Assembly: GCF_000181795.1 (NCBI RefSeq)
Contig: NW_003526941.1
Location: forward strand, 4,746,425 to 4,800,338
From: Trichinella spiralis
Lineage: Eukaryota
Reading direction: 5' to 3'
DNA: 53,914 bases
Of this stretch, positions 39,491 through 52,893 are shown piece by piece. The notes under the pieces are model-generated. The model was given only the letters and a program-made list of their open reading frames with translations, made no database searches and was not told the origin of the DNA. How positions within the stretch are numbered: position 1 is the stretch's first letter; every line of letters begins with the position of its first letter. A program made the position numbers and the translations under genes.

Positions 39491-39907
39491 AGAAAAGAAA
39501 GCAGAACTCAGAAAAGAAGCAAATAATCAGCAACAGCAGCAGCAGCAAGGTTTGCATTCAAAAACTGATATTTACTATTTATTTTCATTTAACGTCGATT
39601 AAGCGCGAATTTTCTTACTTCATAGCTATATATATATATGTATATGTATGAGTGTAAAATGGTAGTTCAGTTTGTTTGAACTACAATTTCATTCATATTA
39701 TATTATTGCAGGCTGATTATTAATTTATGAGCATACTCTTTCAGAGCAAAAATTTAAATTGATAAAAACAGTGTTCGCAATCTAAAAAGTTTTGTGAAAA
39801 TACGGGATATTTTGCTGCAAGTTATTTGCAACGTCGACGTACTATATAATATTTGGTAAGGAAGTTTAATGAGGCTAGTAGTAATTTGTAGAAACACAGA
39901 CTGCTGT

Positions 39908-40694
39908 TCATGGTTCGTTGTCATTTTGAGAGATAAAATACAGTCCAGCTACTGGTTGTCCTAGAGTTAATAAGTTTAAAATTATCAACTTAGAAACACA
40001 ACAAATTCCGTGTAACAAACCTAGCTGATGCTTTTCTTGAAATTGTTTCACTTTGAATTTGGCTCGCTGTGTCGGAGCTGGCTGTGATATACGTCTTCCT
40101 GCATGTTCGTACAGCAAGATGGCATAGCGATGTTGGCCTACGATTAGAAAAGTGTGATTGATAGCAACATCTTACATACATAATATGCACTCTTTTTTTG
40201 GTTTTATTTACCTGTTCGTGGTTGTGGAGCTGGACTGCCGTATGCCATTAGAACCTGACCGCCCATGATTCCATCAATAAGATTGCTAGCCGGAATGTTG
40301 ACAACCAACCAGTGTAACCATTCGGCCACAGATGGATTCTTGCGGCTCAGATTGTCCGGATCTGTGAAATTTATTTCTTTTTTTGTACATCGGATGACAC
40401 GAGTATGAACTACTACCACGTTACCACAAATGGCGGTTTACTTACCGACCATAACCAACGTGAATGTGGATTCTGGATCAGCATCATAAGTGATTCTGGG
40501 TGCAAACCGAAGTACACGTGGACTGAGCTTATCCCCAGGTTCAACAATTGTTCCTTCATAATTGACCTGAACATTTACTTTTTTTTGAATATAATATTGG
40601 TTGAGCGACACAGTTCACTTACAGTTAGTTTGTTTTTTGGTGCATCTGGAAATGGCGCTGGTACTAGTTCAGCTTCAGTAAATTTGGCTTCCAT
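39908..40694 (-). CDS. Phosphatidylethanolamine-binding protein (PEBP/RKIP, OV-16-like)
   Basis: Exons give MEAKFTEAELVP...VNYEG..VEPGDKL...FTLVMVDPDNLSRKNP...EWLHWLVVNIP...YGSPAPQPRTG.HRY..LLYEH...GQPVAGLYFISQNDNEP*. An in-frame TAA lies upstream of the ATG. Confidence 0.92.
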
Positions 40695-41860
40695 GATGAA
40701 TAATAGTTTTATGATAATTTATTTATTGCTGTTGAAAGCAAAAATCAGAGAAAGAATACGAAACTCGCGGAACAATAAACGATGTCAATGGAAGTATTAA
40801 TATACACGAAGCAGAAGAATAAAGTTACTTGTTTCAACACGCCAATGGTGCGATCGATGTGATGCACGTCGGCTTGTTGTGCTTGTCGATTGGAACGAAT
40901 AATAACGAGCGGAGCGGAATTTTAACTATAAGAAGAGACACAAGTAACAGCAGCTGTTGGCAACAACGTGGTGAAGGGGAAGGCTTGGGGGCTGTTCCAG
41001 GCATATTGTGCTGTTTCTGTTCAGCTTACGAAGGTTGTTGCTTGTTTGCGTCATCCACGTTGGCTTGCTTAATATAATATAATATAATATAGCTGGCTTT
41101 TGTTGCTGAGTCACACATACACACACAATGTGCTTTTGACAGCTTCGAAATATTTTTAACAACTGGAAACTTAGTCGTCAAAATGACTCTCTCACGCAAC
41201 ATGCTTACTCTACGTGCTACTAGCTTAACAATCACAGTATTAGCAATAAATTGTAGTAATGCTTTCTGGCAAAGCAAACAAATTTTTTATTTTTTCACAA
41301 AGCTAAGTCAGCTAACAAAGATATTTCGAGCTGGGTAATTTAAGAAACGTGATTATTTGTTTGAAAGAGGAGGGTTAAACTTTACTAGTTAGCTTTGGAC
41401 TGAAAAAAAAGAAGATTTTAAATAGTAACATTTTCTGATGTGTTTATACACGTTTAAAGTTTTCTTCTTCTTTTTTTCAACTGAGATTAATGGTAAAGAG
41501 AATGTTTCTGCTTTTATATTTTCCATTGAAAATGCTAAAACATTTTTTCTCATAATTGTTGATTAATGGGCGCAGTATGAAACACATTAAATAGCGTTCT
41601 TTCGGTGTGTTCAAAGTTTGCATTTTATTATTATTGTTGTTGTTATTTTTAGCTTCTTCACCACTTTAGCAGTAAACAAATTTCACAGTAAACAAAGGAT
41701 TATTTTCTATTTAATTTTCACTGATGAATCCACTTGAAGATAAATCAGAAAAAGCTTCAATATTTTCCACAACAACTTGTGACATTGAATTGTATAATTT
41801 ATATTATTTATCCATGAAAAGAAAATAACAAAGTGGATATTTTTGTTTGTTTTTTTTATT

Positions 41861-42811
41861 TTAACGCTTTTTCTGATAATTAGGTTCGAATTCTTTCTTC
41901 CAGTTTGGATTATGCAATTTCAGCATATCGTTCTTATCGAAATGGACACTATCTGAAATGACGTTGATAATGTAAGTAAAATTTGAATAGATATTATTCA
42001 TTTTATTCATATTGATATTTCATTTTTGCACTTGCCTACTGCTTGCCAGCAACGGTTGAATTTGCACGTTAGCATTCGACCGCACTGACTATTGTCCAAG
42101 CAGAATCCTCCGACCGGTAAGGCCACTTTGCATCTTCCTTTGACGCAAAGTTGCTGACCCTCACAATCTGCATGCGAAAGACATCCACTGCGAGGAAGTA
42201 CTACAAATGTGGAAAAGCAAAGTAAAAAAAATTATATTTTTGATATTTTTGCCTCCTATTTTCTCATACAAACCTGATGATTCGAGACAAACCCCGAAAC
42301 GGCATACTTGATGCGCATAACAGTATTCTTGACCTTCGCAAGTGATATCAGTTGGTATTGCCGCAGTGCATTTACCATCCATGCATAGCGACAAGCCGAT
42401 ACAGTTGTCGTGTTGTCTGCAGTCTGAATATTGCAATTTTTATTTAAAAAATATTAATTTTCACGGCATATTTATTTGGAAAAATGTCAAAAATCAAACC
42501 AGTTGTAAATTTTATCTTATTAATTTTATAAATTTATTCTCCAAGTAGTTGTAATGAATAATTATTGTTCACCGAGTGATCATTTACTGGAACTGGTATG
42601 ATTAATGATAATCGGTTGATTAATGGTATTACGTAATTGGAAGAAAATGATATTTTGTCTGCAAGAAAATACATTTTTTTTTTCAATTTAATTTTGATTT
42701 AAGTAAAAGATAATTTTAAAAATAAAACTTGCTTTCCAATGCTGCAAAGACAACGTAAGGCAAAATGGTGGTGGTGGTGCATAGAAAAGAAATTATTCCG
42801 TAAAGCAGCAT
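41861..42811 (-). CDS. Small secreted protein with four C-x5-C-x5-C-x4-C repeats
   Basis: Signal-like MLLYGIISFLCTTTTILPYVVFAA. Repeats CRQHDNCIGLSLCMDGKC, CEGQEYCYAHQVCRFGVC, CLSHADCEGQQLCVKGRC and CLDNSQCGRMLTCKFNRC. The 3' end depends on which donor is used. Confidence 0.75.
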
Positions 42812-43877
42812 CTGGCTTTTTTGCCTGTTTGCTTGCTTGCTTGCTTGCGCCGCTGCTGTTGCTGTTAGCTTGCGTGCATCTGGGTTGATCATTTGGTTGA
42901 AATCAAATTACACAATTTAAGAAACAGGTCATCAGTTGGGGTCGGTAAAAGTCGAGTCAGATTGCTATCAGCATTTTCCAATAAGTTCCGCTAGAAGGAT
43001 TCTGCTTTTCAATTTTGTCCTACGTAAATTTAGGCTGATTGTCATTCTTCTTCTTCTTATTATTTATTATTCATAATTATCGTCATTGTCATATTTTCAA
43101 TTTTTTTCAATCACGTAAATTTTCAAAAAAAAAAACAATTTGTTTCCCTTTACCATCATCGTGCACTAGTGAAGTTGTACAGTGATATAAGTGTAGTTTG
43201 ATTCGACCATTTTGTTTTGACTGTTTTAAGCTGTTGAACAGAAAAATGCTTGCCAAAAAGCCAACTAGCAGCAATCATGCAAAATTATTGCAGCAAATAG
43301 AACGTGCAAATGTGTGTCATAAACACTATATATATTTTGCCGATGGCCTGTTGTTGTGATATAAGTGTGCTGTCATATTTTTGCTTTGTTGACGTGTTGG
43401 AATATTTTTGCGGCTAATAAATTTCCTTGTGTAACTGACGTTTGTAAAATTATGAAATTTTAAAAATTTAGTAAACATAAAAGAGGCACATAAATCGGTG
43501 AAAAACAAATCATTTTTGCACTTATTAATTTTTCTTCTTCATCATAACTTTGACATTTATGAACTATTGTTTTCATGTTTACTATTAATTTTTTTTCTTT
43601 TGCATACGGAAATGTAACACAGGCATACACATTCATTTCAGCTTAACAATATTAGAGTTAGCATATCAGCTATTGGCGAAATTTTCTGAACATTGTTTCT
43701 GTTAAATTGTGTCAATATATTGCTATTGTTCAGTTTGAATTTGCATAAGTTTACGCATTATTTGTTCAACAAATGTTACGCAAATTAATAACAAACATTA
43801 ATATTGAATAACTTTATTCAAATTGTTCATCCGCTTCTTCATATATATATATATTTTGTAAAGCGCGAAATTTCATT

Positions 43878-45738
43878 TCACAAGCGTCTCAGTAGAGCTT
43901 CCAAATTCACCGGCTTTGAATAGGTAAAATTCATCAATTTGAACAATTCTTCGTTAGTTTTCTTCGACCCATTTTCCAAAAATGTCCACAAGGCTAACGT
44001 TTGCAGATAATAAGGATGGTCGAGACCGAAGCAGATTTCAAATATCCGCATCGCTTCGTGAGCGTACGGTATCGACTCGGCTCGACGATTCTGCGTGATC
44101 AATGTGCGAACGATGTGCAACAGTTGGAAGCCGACGTGACGATCTGCGGCCGGAAGGCATCTGAAGAATTAAAAAGTGGATTTTTTTTCTTCTGCATGCG
44201 AAAGTGAATTATTATTAATTTTTACCTTCTGTAATTGGTGTAAACGCTTTTTTGCAACTCGAGATTGTTGGCGAAAGAGTCGACCCCTTCTGTCAGTTGC
44301 AAATAAGCAGTCAACAGACGGCAGAAATAAATATTCTCCTTGTGCAGTAGACGTTCTGCCGTGTTGAGATAGATTTTCAAACGACGTACTTCTTCGGCCG
44401 ATTTTACATTTCCAAAATGTTGAGGCAAGGCCAGCATGAAACACTGAGCCTCGATTATCACATTTTCCGGTATTTTCGACCCGCATCCACGACACTGGAC
44501 ATTCTTGGTGTTGGTCTGATCTTCGGTTATGCATACGGGTTCTGAACAGTCGACGTTCACACAACGTATGCTGGTCAGTCGATCGTCAGACGGATCTCGG
44601 CATCGTTCACATTCGCACCAAAAATACCACTTCGACTGCAATTCTTTGCGTCGTTGGTAACGTGACCGGCCGACGTCAACGTAAGCAATGAAACACTGAC
44701 TTGGATCCGCTGTGTCGATACCGTTGACCAGAGGTCGAAGTACTGCCCTGAAGCCGTTGAACACCATTGCTGTATTTGGCCGGCAGCTGTGGTCATACTT
44801 GGATATACCTGAACAATTGATTATCAGTTGGCTACTTTCTGACTACTCATTCTACTCAACATCTGTACATGCAATCTGTTATATTTGCCTTTGTCATACA
44901 ATAATAATAATAATAATATTTTATCCATTTTTAAATAAAGAGAAGAATGAATAAAGGCAAATTTTTTTCCTTTTTGAAATGCATGTCGTACAATCTCGTC
45001 TATTGCTGTAGTAGCAGTTATATCTATCTACTATACAATTTTGTCCTGAAGCATGCTTTTTTCACACCCAACAGCTTTATGTAAATTATCTGATTTAGCA
45101 ATTCGTTTGCTCGCTCGTTGCTGCTGTAGGGATTTTGTCGAATTTTTGAAATCACTGAAAAATTTTCACTCACCCAAATCAAGCGCCATGCCAACTTCGA
45201 TGCCCGTGTTCGAATGGATACTGTGGCTGTTGATCCAAGAGCGGCAGAAGATGAGAAAGAATTTTTCCCGTTTCGGAATTGCACTGGCGAGAAATTTCTG
45301 CGCTTTGTCGTATATCAATTCGAAATGCTTCATCTTTTCCTTGTCCTGACGAATTTCTTCCTCGTGCGACATCAGCTCGTCGAAGCGTCGTTCGGCTTGC
45401 CACTTTTTCAAGTCGCCGTTGGCTTCGATGAACCGAAGCCGGTCGCATATTCTGCCAAGAAATAGAACCTCGGTGACCGGCAGGTTGGGAAATACCAACT
45501 GCAAGCGGGCACATTCGAGTTTGTGGTGCTCTTTCCAGCTGGCCCGTTGGCAAGCTCGATTGCAATAACGATACCAGTGGCAGCCGCCGCAGATTTGCAG
45601 TCGTTTGCACGTTTTGCCGTTGGGACGTTGGAAGCAATAACCGCATACATTTTCCACTTGTTGATTCAGTACAACACTGGCGAACGGTTTGTCGAAAATG
45701 GTCACTTTTCCCATCGGTCCGACCCCGTCCAACGCCAT
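43878..45738 (-). CDS. SET and MYND domain lysine methyltransferase (SMYD; set-18-like)
   Basis: MYND finger CGYC...CGGC...YCNRACQRASWKEHHKLEC. SET region INSHSI...ALDLG-ISKYDHSCRPN, IAYVD. Post-SET KWYFWCECERC. C-terminal helical region ending CFGLDHPY. Confidence 0.93.
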
Positions 45739-47698
45739 ACTGACCAGCCGGACCAACAATTATTATACAACTGTGATTGACTTGGTTTTGGAAAGCAACT
45801 ATGAACAAATTGCAGCCGACAACCGCCGGCCAGACAGACGACTGCTGAACAAATAGCTAATTTTTGATCAAGCTGACCGACTGGATTGATTCAGCAGCTG
45901 CTTGCAAAGCGCAACTAGCAGACTGACTGATAGAGAACGTCAGAAGCATCTTTGATGATATAGCATTGCTGGGCAAAGCGGCTGGCCGGTTTATCATTTG
46001 CGCAGCTAATAATGCATTCTTTTCGACGAAACTTTATTTATTAACGTTTGCTGAGAACAATTTCAACCAGCTTTTCACTCACTGATACACCACCTATACA
46101 TACATACCTACATATGCATATGAAAGTAAGCATGTAAACAAACATTCTACTTTTCACCTTTTCCATTCGACTGATGAATAACAACATTTGTCTGTTCATT
46201 TAGCACACCGTCAAAATTATGAAATTAATATTATTATTTCATCCTATTTTCCATTAATCAGTATATAACTTTTATCAAATTATATATAATGTTCTCTATA
46301 TAGTATAGAGTATACTAAAGTATAGGGATCTTCAACAAGAACTCAAACTGAAAATTCAATTCATCTATCCACTGATAAATGTTGTGCTGTTGTTACTACA
46401 TACCTAGACAGATTAATTTGACGACTTTTAGCTGTAAAACCATTTTGACTGAATCATCCTTGTCAATTGTAGTCGATATCAAAAATTCCATTTACAATTT
46501 ATTTACATGAATCTGGGAAAATTATTGTTATGAAATTTATTTCATTTGTAGTTTAAAATTTTTACGAAAGAACCCGATTCAAATATCTAACTGTCTATTT
46601 ATCTATTTTTCCATCTATATAAACATCATAACAAAAATTCTTCTATTCTTTGAAATAGGCAAAAACTGAAATTCTCAATGACGCACATTAACCGCATTTC
46701 AAAATAATTGTTAAAAAATATTTTCATAAAAAAACTTTATAAAAAATAGCAAAAAAACTTATTTTAAAATATCACTTTTGCAGTAATGCAGATGAATTAA
46801 AGTATGAAAAATATGATCAGTAAATAATATATATTATTTTTTTAATTAATAAATCGTATTTTTATTTCACTGAACAACTGATCAACTTATTTTAACTTAA
46901 TTATGTTAAATATGAAAGATCGTATAATAATTTACAGGTTAAATCTTTCGAGTCATTTCTTACTGTAGCTTTTACAGTAATCGTGGTTACCTCTTTTCTT
47001 GTCATTTGTGTTGAAGAAGCTCTGGTGGAAGCTTGTCGACTCCAATATTTGAATATTATTTACAAGGTATGATATGACTTTAAATTGTGTTAATTTTTTG
47101 AAATAGAATTCAAATGTTATGAACTCTGACCGTATTTTAATAGTACTGTAATTGGTTGCTATTGATTTTCATTATTATTTAAGTTTTGTTCAGATGCTTT
47201 TGTTCTAGATTGTTGTTAACGCTAGGTGGTTTTAATTGAGGCATCTGAAAAAGTGGCATATGGGAGATTTGAACGTTTCTTTTTTGATTGACTGTCTTCT
47301 ACGTCATTTTGGGTAGGAGAAATTGTGCATTCTCTAGAAAATTAGAAATTTTAAATTGAAAAATATTTTAATTTTTGTCATTTTGCTAAGTACATATATA
47401 TTACGTTCATTGATTGTTGAGTAATGACGACTAGTGTGTAAAATGGAGGATTTCTATTTATGCATTTTAAACTGCGGCAGAATTTGGTTTTGCTGTATTA
47501 GCATCATTTAAAATTAAGAATAGGAAAAGCTTTTTTGATAACATATCACTTGTTCCATGTATAATTATGCCATTTTGTTTCTTTTTTCGTGGCTTTGAAC
47601 AGATTATCACAATAACTAGCGTTGACTTTTTACTTTGTGTTATGTATACGTTTACTGTATTTGAGGGGATTCTATTGCCATCAGGAAAACTTTTTCAG

Positions 47699-50600
47699 AT
47701 GTCATAATTTGATATTTTTCATCTTCTGATAAAGTAATTAAAATTTGAGTTTATGCATATGGTAATGTGTTTTTTATAAAATGTTAACATTTTAATTTAA
47801 GTTAGTAATAAATTTTACGAACAGTTTTATTAAAGTACGGTATGAAAACTATTATTAAGTTCAGTTGATTATATTTTCTCTAGATGATAAATAAATATGA
47901 TTTTATTTTATTCTATTCGTGTGATTGTTTTACAATTTTTGTATATTTGAAAACTCTCACACAACATTTTTGACTAGTTAACATTGTTCATAATGTTCAT
48001 TTGTTATTATGTTGAACGTTTTAAGGTTAAACAGCGAACAAGAACCTGGACGTTCGTTTGCATCTAGATTACTGGAAAATTTCCCGGTCGCATCGAACTT
48101 GTATCTTCGACAATTAAAGGTGATTGAAATAAATTTTTGTTTATTGTAATTATGGTATGGGCTTTAATGTTGAGTTGTATTTTTTTGAGTTGTGCTTTTA
48201 AAGTTTAAAGCTTTTAAGGTTATAAAGCATTATTTTAGTTTCTAACAGTTCAGTTGATTACTTTTGTCAACGTTGACGACAAAGTAGCATTTGCTGAAGC
48301 TTATAAAACTTTAAAATCGTACAGGTGAGTTATTTTTATTTTAATTTCATTTTCGTTTAATATAATATAATTTTTAATCAGTAGCCCGGATCTTTTATCA
48401 TCGTGCTTTGTCTTTTTGAATAAGGTATTTTTTCAATTTCATATTTATTCAATATTTTTATTCAACAATTGGCTGTCGGTTCTAGCTGTTTCATTGCCAC
48501 AGCACGTTGCAAAAGCAATTGCAAGTTGCAAGTTCTTCATCGAGTGGAAGCAATTTATCACCAATTGTAGCTACCCCAAGTTTGTTGTTGAATATAATTG
48601 TTTGATGAGGAAGGTTTTCAGAAAAAAAGACAAACCTTTCAATTTAGATTATCGTTTATTCCGGTCTACCATGGATCATCCGCCGACTGATATTATAAAA
48701 GTGATTTGTGAATTGATGTTCCGAATTGGAAAAAAAAGTATTGCATTTGTTGTTGCTTTCAGATGGACACTTTTGAATACGACACTCCTGCTGATCAAGA
48801 TGCACAACTGGTCCAGGATATGTTGTACTGCATGCAAGGAAGCGACGGCGAGACGGTCAGTTATTCCATTTGTACCAGTCCTGTGAACCACTGCGAGTTG
48901 CATATTGCACCGTTTTACGGTGCGGTTCTTCGGGAACAAGCGAAACGTTTTGCCCCTCTTTTGTACGATTCTCACCAGCTGAGAACGATGTCACCTGTTA
49001 CTATCGACAAGGGCAATATTTATCGGGCATTTGTTGAAGCGGTCGAAGAGATGCTCATGCGCCACATGAGGCACATTATCGAATGGAGACGGCTTGCCGC
49101 TGCCGGCGAACTGACCCTCAGCACGTTGTGGAGTTACGTGCAGCCGACTCTGAAGGTGTTCAGAACTGTTCAAGAAATTCGTGTAGAAATCGAAAATGTG
49201 AGATACAACACCAACATTGGATTAATTAATTATTAGCTAATATTTTTCATTTTGAAACAAATAATCATTTCAGTTGAACATTCGTGGCGGTGCTATTCTA
49301 TCACTGATCTACAATAAAGTGAAAATGCACGACGGCAATCTTGCAATGCTAGACATGCTGTTGTCACTTTTATCCAAAGTGGCAAAGCCGTATTTTCGAA
49401 TGCTGAACCAATGGTTCAGAACCGGCACGTTTGCTGATCCTTACAACGAAGTCAATTTTTGCTCAATTTGTTTTTTCTATACTTTTATATAATAGTGTAA
49501 TTTTTGCAATTGTTTTCTTTTTCAGTTCATGATACGTTTGGGAAGTCAGTCGCGTTATCTCATCGACAGGGATCGTTTCAAACCAAAGTAAACTAAGCGG
49601 GCTTTTTCTTTTCACTTTTAACGCTTAATATGTTCCACTTGACGTTGCTCATTGTACGTGTGTGTGTGTGTGTGTGTGTGTTTGTTTTGTAGCCTTATAA
49701 AAGACATATTCTTGATTTCGAAAATGATTCCGCAATTTTTGTCTCCAATTGCAGAGAAGATTTTGAACGCTGGCAAATTTTTGATCATTCTCCGTTCCTC
49801 TGGTATATAATTATGAATTATTATGAAGCATGGCTTTGTGTTGTTCTTAGTTGGAAGTTTTGTAGAAAATTTCAAACCCACCCAAGAATTGCCGTGCTTG
49901 GAATTTTCCATGGACAGCAGCAAATACGTGAGACAAGTGGAAACGTTGTGGTTGAACACCAGCCGACAGACTGTGAAATATTTAATCGAAGAGGGAAAAT
50001 TGCTCGATCGTTGCATGCTGTTGAGGCATTTGTTTTTCCTGTCACGCGGCGATTGGTTGTTGGACTTTGTTGACGTCGCCGGCGCAGATTTGGCTTTGGA
50101 TTTGGAAGGTAGGCCGTTTATTTGTTGGCTTGGATTTAAATTTATCCGTTGGCTTTTGGTTTTTTTTCAGAAATTGAACCAGATCGATTGGAAAGTCTGT
50201 TCTATTTCGCCTTGCGTGGAAGCACTACTGGATATTTGTTGACCGATGAGGATAATAAGTTTGTTTGTTTTTCTTGCATTTTATTAACGAAAGTCATTTT
50301 ATCATTTGCTATTTTTTTACTCTTTCCATTTAGAATATCCATAAAATTCAGAAGTATGGAACAATGTCTCAGTGCAATGAAAGAATGCACTTCGGGTAAG
50401 TTGTGGAATTTTGGAAATTTTATTCATTTATTTCATCCATCTCAGTGGTAATGTGTGATCATATTGGATTTTGCAGCATTCAGCATACAATCACTTGACG
50501 AGGACGATGTGAAAGCTTACGAAGCGTTGGTGATTCAATACGAACCGGAATGGCCAATTTCTTTAGTTTTTACACCGCTTGTAATTGCAAAATGCGAGAT

Positions 50601-51192
50601 GTTGTTCCACTGGTTGATGATTTGCAAATTGGTCGAAAGTCAATTAACGAAGTGCATAACGAATAATGAATTTATTCTTCTATAGTTTGACGACGACAAT
50701 ATTTTTATATTTTATTTCATTATTGTTTTTTTATATCCATTTTGCAGATGCTTCGTCTACAGATTGGATGAACGTTGCGGACGACCGTTGTTCAGGAAAA
50801 TGTTGTACTTTGTGCGCAGTTTGATGTCGTTGATGGTGTCGGCAGTGGTTCATCCACTTTGGCATGAATTTTTGGACGCCGTCCGTGGTGGTCAGTTGAC
50901 GTTTGAAAATCTGTGCGAGCGGATCAACGGCGTTCTGGACTGTTGCTCGAAGTACTGCTTTACGGCCGACTTGCCGCTGACCCAATGTATCCGACGACTT
51001 TTGCGCTATTGTTTGGAATTTTACCAAATTGTGCAACGTGGCGACGCTTGCGAACAGGAAACTCGTAATTTGTTGGAAAAGAATTTCGAATCCGATTTTA
51101 TCCAATTTTCTTCACGTTTGAAAGAGATGCTCAACGACAAGGACGAAGATTTGTTCGGAGCTGCTGTGCGAAGGTTCGATTTTTTTTATTAA
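47699..51192 (+). CDS. TUBGCP2: Gamma-tubulin complex component 2 (Spc97/GCP2); first exon uncertain
   Basis: Motifs QDAQLVQDMLYCMQGSDG, LTLSTLWSYVQP, GGAILSLI, AKPYFRMLNQW..G.FADPYNEFMI, IPQFLSPIAEKILNAGKFL, LRHLFFLSRGDW, YEPEWPISLV, VVHPLWHEF. Confidence 0.9.
49658..49680. repeat. (GT)n microsatellite in GCP2 intron
   Basis: Dinucleotide run read directly; similar runs at about 22418-22437 and 51815-51838. Confidence 0.85.
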
Positions 51193-52075
51193 ACTTCCAT
51201 CAAAATTTTATAACAACATTCATTCAAATATTATTAACACATCTAACATGATGCAGTTCATATAACAATAGAACACGAATCTTATTTCAGATTTGCTGTC
51301 GAACTGTTCAACCAGTGAATTTGCATTGGGCAATCTTTTTTTCTTATTATATTCAACCAAAAATATTTCAACTTCTCACCGATCGATACGATTCAACTGG
51401 TGATGCTGCTTTTTGCTCTGTTGCAAACTTTTTAACCCTCTCATGTTAACCAAATGTCATCGAAGGTAATGTGAATTTAACTTTAAAACTTATTCTCTAA
51501 TAACTTCTTCTTATATTTTCAATCATTAATTATACAATGCTTTTGGTGAAATTGATACTAATGAAACTCTGTATGTTCACAAATGACGTTTTCGATATTT
51601 TTCTTTTTCATTCAGCTTCTATTCCAAATGCCGTACATGGTCTATATATATTTTTTTTCAATAATTTCTTATACTCATTCATTTTTTGCATTACTTTTAT
51701 CATACATTATTACCTTACATTATATTGCACAATTTCACAATTTCAGGAAACGCGTTGTTATTTGAAATGTTATTACACGCATATATATATATATATATTT
51801 ATATATATGTATATGTGCGTGTGTGTGTGTGTGTGTGTGAGTGAATTTTCATACCTGATAAATTATTATTAAACAAAAATATTGCTACAAACAGTGCACA
51901 TTTTTTGTACTTTTAATTTTTATAGGACTATTTTTTTCTACTGCTTAAAGCATGCTTTTTAAAGAAAAGCACAGCAGGTTAATGACGAATGATCAGTTAA
52001 TTTCGAATAATTCAAAATTCCCCATCAAGCATCCAAGTTTTTAATTCTCACCTGAAACTGCAATATTAATCTTCA

Positions 52076-52330
52076 TTAACGAACTTGAAAATTTTTTCTT
52101 TCCAAATCCGATAAAAATTGTGGAATACTGAGGAAAGCGAAGATAATCAACTTGCCAACTGCTTCCAATATAGATACTGCTTTGTATTCTATTTCACTTT
52201 GACCAGTCGGCTTTAAGAATTTTTCAAGTAAGTTTGCATTTGGTCGCCAGTAATATATATCCGTTGACTTTGTGAAAAGTTTGCCATCTGGATTATTGTG
52301 CACAAAAAATTCAGTCTGACCATTCAACAA
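52076..52330 (-). CDS. Possible exon of an unidentified gene
   Basis: 84-codon ORF with protein-like composition and a GT donor near its end. No recognisable family. Confidence 0.3.
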   Translation of the reverse strand: MLNGQTEFFVHNNPDGKLFTKSTDIYYWRPNANLLEKFLKPTGQSEIEYKAVSILEAVGKLIIFAFLSIPQFLSDLERKNFQVR

Positions 52331-52893
52331 TTATAAGTAGATTAACTACGGCTTAAGTTTCAAAAGATTGATTATTTCAGTTTACTGATTTGCAAACCAC
52401 AATTATTTTTTCTTCGTGAAATTTTTAGCATATCTTTTTTTTCAAATAAGGACTGCATTATAAATGTGCAACTGTTGCAGAAATTTACATTCTAAAATTC
52501 TCTCACGTCCAGTTGAATAAGTAATTCCACAAGAGTGTCCTTATTTTTGGCTGAAAAGTATTTTAGAAAAATATTGGAAAGCCTACAAATGGTGACAGCG
52601 GTTTGATCATACACTACTCAATCAGCAAGTTATTTCTCTGTTTATGTACGTTGAAATTTATTATTGAAACTTATGCACTTCATGAAATTGTAAGACTCTC
52701 TTCATCAAGCTGTTTGTAATGCTCAAATAATTTCAATTTTTACTTGAACAGTTTAGGCAGTGTTGAAATTTTGTTATTTGATTGACTGAAATAAACCTTT
52801 TTATTAATAATATTTTGCACGATGTTATAAAAAATGTGAATAGAAACGTACATTGCAATAAGCAATGGTATATATATATATATATATATAAAG

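Noticed and set aside
42659..42732. GC donor (A|GCAAGT) for the first intron of the Cys-repeat gene
   Set aside because: That frame offers no phase-1 donor to reach the Cys exon; the nearby GT donor does.
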